Source of the DNA: an uncultured Devosia sp.
GTDB lineage: Bacteria; Pseudomonadota; Alphaproteobacteria; Rhizobiales; Devosiaceae
DNA length: 56,926 nt
Direction of reading: 5' to 3'
NCBI GenBank assembly: GCA_965650055.1
Contig: CBFGMY010000001.1
Location: forward strand, 1 to 56,926
The translations under genes were made by a program, and so were the position numbers. This document shows, in pieces, positions 55,317-56,926 of the stretch. Position 1 is the first letter of the stretch, and the number at the start of each line of letters is the position of its first letter. The notes under the pieces were generated by a model. The model did no database searches. It saw nothing but the letters and a program-made list of their open reading frames with translations, and was not told where the DNA came from.

Positions 55317-56825
55317 TCAGAGCGTTTCGATCCGGATCAACTGCGGTTCACCCACGATAAACCCGTCGTCAGCGATCTGCGCAAGCGATTCACGCACGGC
55401 TGATTCCAAAGTCTGTTGAGTGATCATCACTACCGTGCGGGTGGGCGAACCATCCGGTGCCACCGCCTTAGCGTTCAAATCCGACCGCTGGATGACGGAG
55501 TCGATGGAAATGGCGTGCTCAGCCATGCGGCTGGCAATGGCGGCGAGCGCGCCGGGCACATCCTTGGCGTTGAGACGGATGTAATAACCACCGTCATGGG
55601 CGCGCATCGGCGCCTGCTTGTAGGGCAGCAATTCCTCGCTCGGCACGCCCAACGGCGGCACGCGCGTGCCGCGGGCGATGTCGAGAATGTCCGACAGGAC
55701 CGACGAGGCCGTCGGCGGGCCGCCAGCGCCGGGGCCGGCGAGCAGGAGCTCGTGCACATGGTCGGTTTCGAGCGCCACCGCATTCATCACGCCGTCGACG
55801 CCGGCAATGGCCGAGCCCTTGGGCACAAAGGTGGGGTGCACGCGCTGCTCGATGCCTTCATCGGTGCGCTGGGCGATGCCGAGCAGCTTGATCTTGTAGC
55901 CGAGTTCGGCCGCGACCTTGATGTCGTGCTGGGTGATGCGGGAAATGCCTTCCACCCGGATCTGGTCGGGCGCGATCTCGTAGCCGAAGCACAGCGTCGC
56001 CAGGATCGACAGCTTGTGTGCGGTGTCGAAGCCCTCGACGTCAAAGGTCGGATCGGCCTCGGCATAGCCCAGAGCCTGCGCATCCTTGAGGCAGTCGGCG
56101 AAGCTGATGTCCTCGTTGCCCATGCGGGTGAGGATATAGTTGCAGGTGCCGTTCATGATGCCGAACACCTTGGCGATGCGAGCAGAGCCCAGGCCCTCGC
56201 GCAGCGTCTTGATGACGGGGATGCCGCCGGCGACAGCCGCCTCGAAGCCGAGCTGGGCGCCCGATTCCTCGGCCATGCGGGCCAGGGTGACGCCGTGCTT
56301 GGCAAGCAGAGCCTTGTTTGCCGTGACCACGGGACGCCCGATTTCGAGCGCCGCCTTCACGGCGGCGAAGGCCGGACCGTCTTCCCCGCCGATCAGCTCG
56401 ACGAAGAGGTCGATGCCGTCGGACTTGGCGAGCGCCACCGGATCGTCAAACCAGTCGAGCCCGGAAATGTCGATGCCGCGGTCGCGGGATCGCGAGCGCG
56501 CGGCAACGGCCGTCACGACGAGCTGCCGGCCCAGTTTTTTCGTGAGCTCGGCGCCGTCCTTCTGCAGGATGCGCACCAGGGTGGCGCCGACATTGCCGAG
56601 GCCGGCCACGCCAACGCGCAGCGGCGCCTGGGTCTCGCCATCGCCGAAATCCTGCATGGCCTTGAGAATGCGGGCCCGCGTATCCGAGCGCGGTTCGCGG
56701 CCCTCGCGCAGGTCGAACACGAACAATGGATCGCCCGCAACGGTGCGGCCGAAGCGGGTCGGCGTCCAGCCGCGGGCGGAGATGAAAGATTCGACGGATT
56801 GGCGGAAGGAGGCGATATCACTCAT
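55317..56825 (-). CDS. hom: homoserine dehydrogenase with N-terminal Cro-like HTH extension and C-terminal ACT domain
   Basis: LRVGVAGLGNVG, VVTANKA, FEAAVAGGIP, NGTCNYIL, GYAEADP, GPGAGG.PTA, ACT domain; about 65 extra N-terminal residues in frame. Confidence 0.93.
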   Translation of the reverse strand: MSDIASFRQSVESFISARGWTPTRFGRTVAGDPLFVFDLREGREPRSDTRARILKAMQDFGDGETQAPLRVGVAGLGNVGATLVRILQKDGAELTKKLGRQLVVTAVAARSRSRDRGIDISGLDWFDDPVALAKSDGIDLFVELIGGEDGPAFAAVKAALEIGRPVVTANKALLAKHGVTLARMAEESGAQLGFEAAVAGGIPVIKTLREGLGSARIAKVFGIMNGTCNYILTRMGNEDISFADCLKDAQALGYAEADPTFDVEGFDTAHKLSILATLCFGYEIAPDQIRVEGISRITQHDIKVAAELGYKIKLLGIAQRTDEGIEQRVHPTFVPKGSAIAGVDGVMNAVALETDHVHELLLAGPGAGGPPTASSVLSDILDIARGTRVPPLGVPSEELLPYKQAPMRAHDGGYYIRLNAKDVPGALAAIASRMAEHAISIDSVIQRSDLNAKAVAPDGSPTRTVVMITQQTLESAVRESLAQIADDGFIVGEPQLIRIETL

Positions 56826-56841
56826 GGGGGCGACATCTGCA

Positions 56842-56868
56842 TAGGATTGTGCCTAGCCGTCAATAGGA
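56842..56868 (-). promoter_or_regulatory. candidate hom promoter/operator (TAGG-N6-CCTA palindrome beside a -35 TTGACG, plus a second TAGGA half-site)
   Basis: TAGGATTGTGCCTA at 56842-56855, minus-strand TTGACG at 56863-56858, TAGGA at 56864-56868. Confidence 0.5.
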
Positions 56869-56926
56869 GTTTGTTTCAGCCGGCATAGCCGAGACAAATC
56901 GCCCCGGCAGCGACGACGATACCCGC

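Noticed and set aside
1..56926. CRISPR array, IS/transposase, rRNA
   Set aside because: No regularly spaced repeats, transposase ORFs or rRNA-like sequence seen.

Overview
GC-rich alphaproteobacterial chromosome segment (Hyphomicrobiales, Devosia-like by gene content and order; inferred). Bases 1 to ~41.4 kb form one contiguous catabolic supercluster for choline, choline-O-sulfate and betaines. It holds betI-betC-betB, the choXWV transporter, NAD-dependent formate dehydrogenase fdsGBACD with a LysR regulator, and etfBA-purU-folD-dimethylglycine dehydrogenase. It also holds two GlxA/GbdR-type AraC regulators, soxBDAG-glyA-sdaA-fdhA-folC-ProX, a Rieske N-demethylase with its reductase, an MFS, a second betaine ABC transporter and ETF:QO. 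The rest is core and accessory DNA: PilZ, ArsR, HlyIII, DUF192, a double cold-shock protein, gloA, peptidase M15, two tRNA-Glu, an orphan HNH gene, an iron-siderophore ABC operon, a CFA-type methyltransferase and recJ-glpX-hom. The most unusual signal is a homoserine dehydrogenase carrying an in-frame N-terminal phage Cro-like HTH domain, with a palindrome inside its own promoter (candidate autoregulating trigger enzyme). Other leads are an ArsR protein ending in a beta-clamp-like motif (QMGFDF), a palindromic repeat translated as a doubly coupled mini-ORF inside the iron operon, a GlpX lacking the catalytic Thr, and a set of readable operators (BetI, LysR, GlxA, RirA-like, ArsR). All assignments come from motif recognition by eye; no searches were run.
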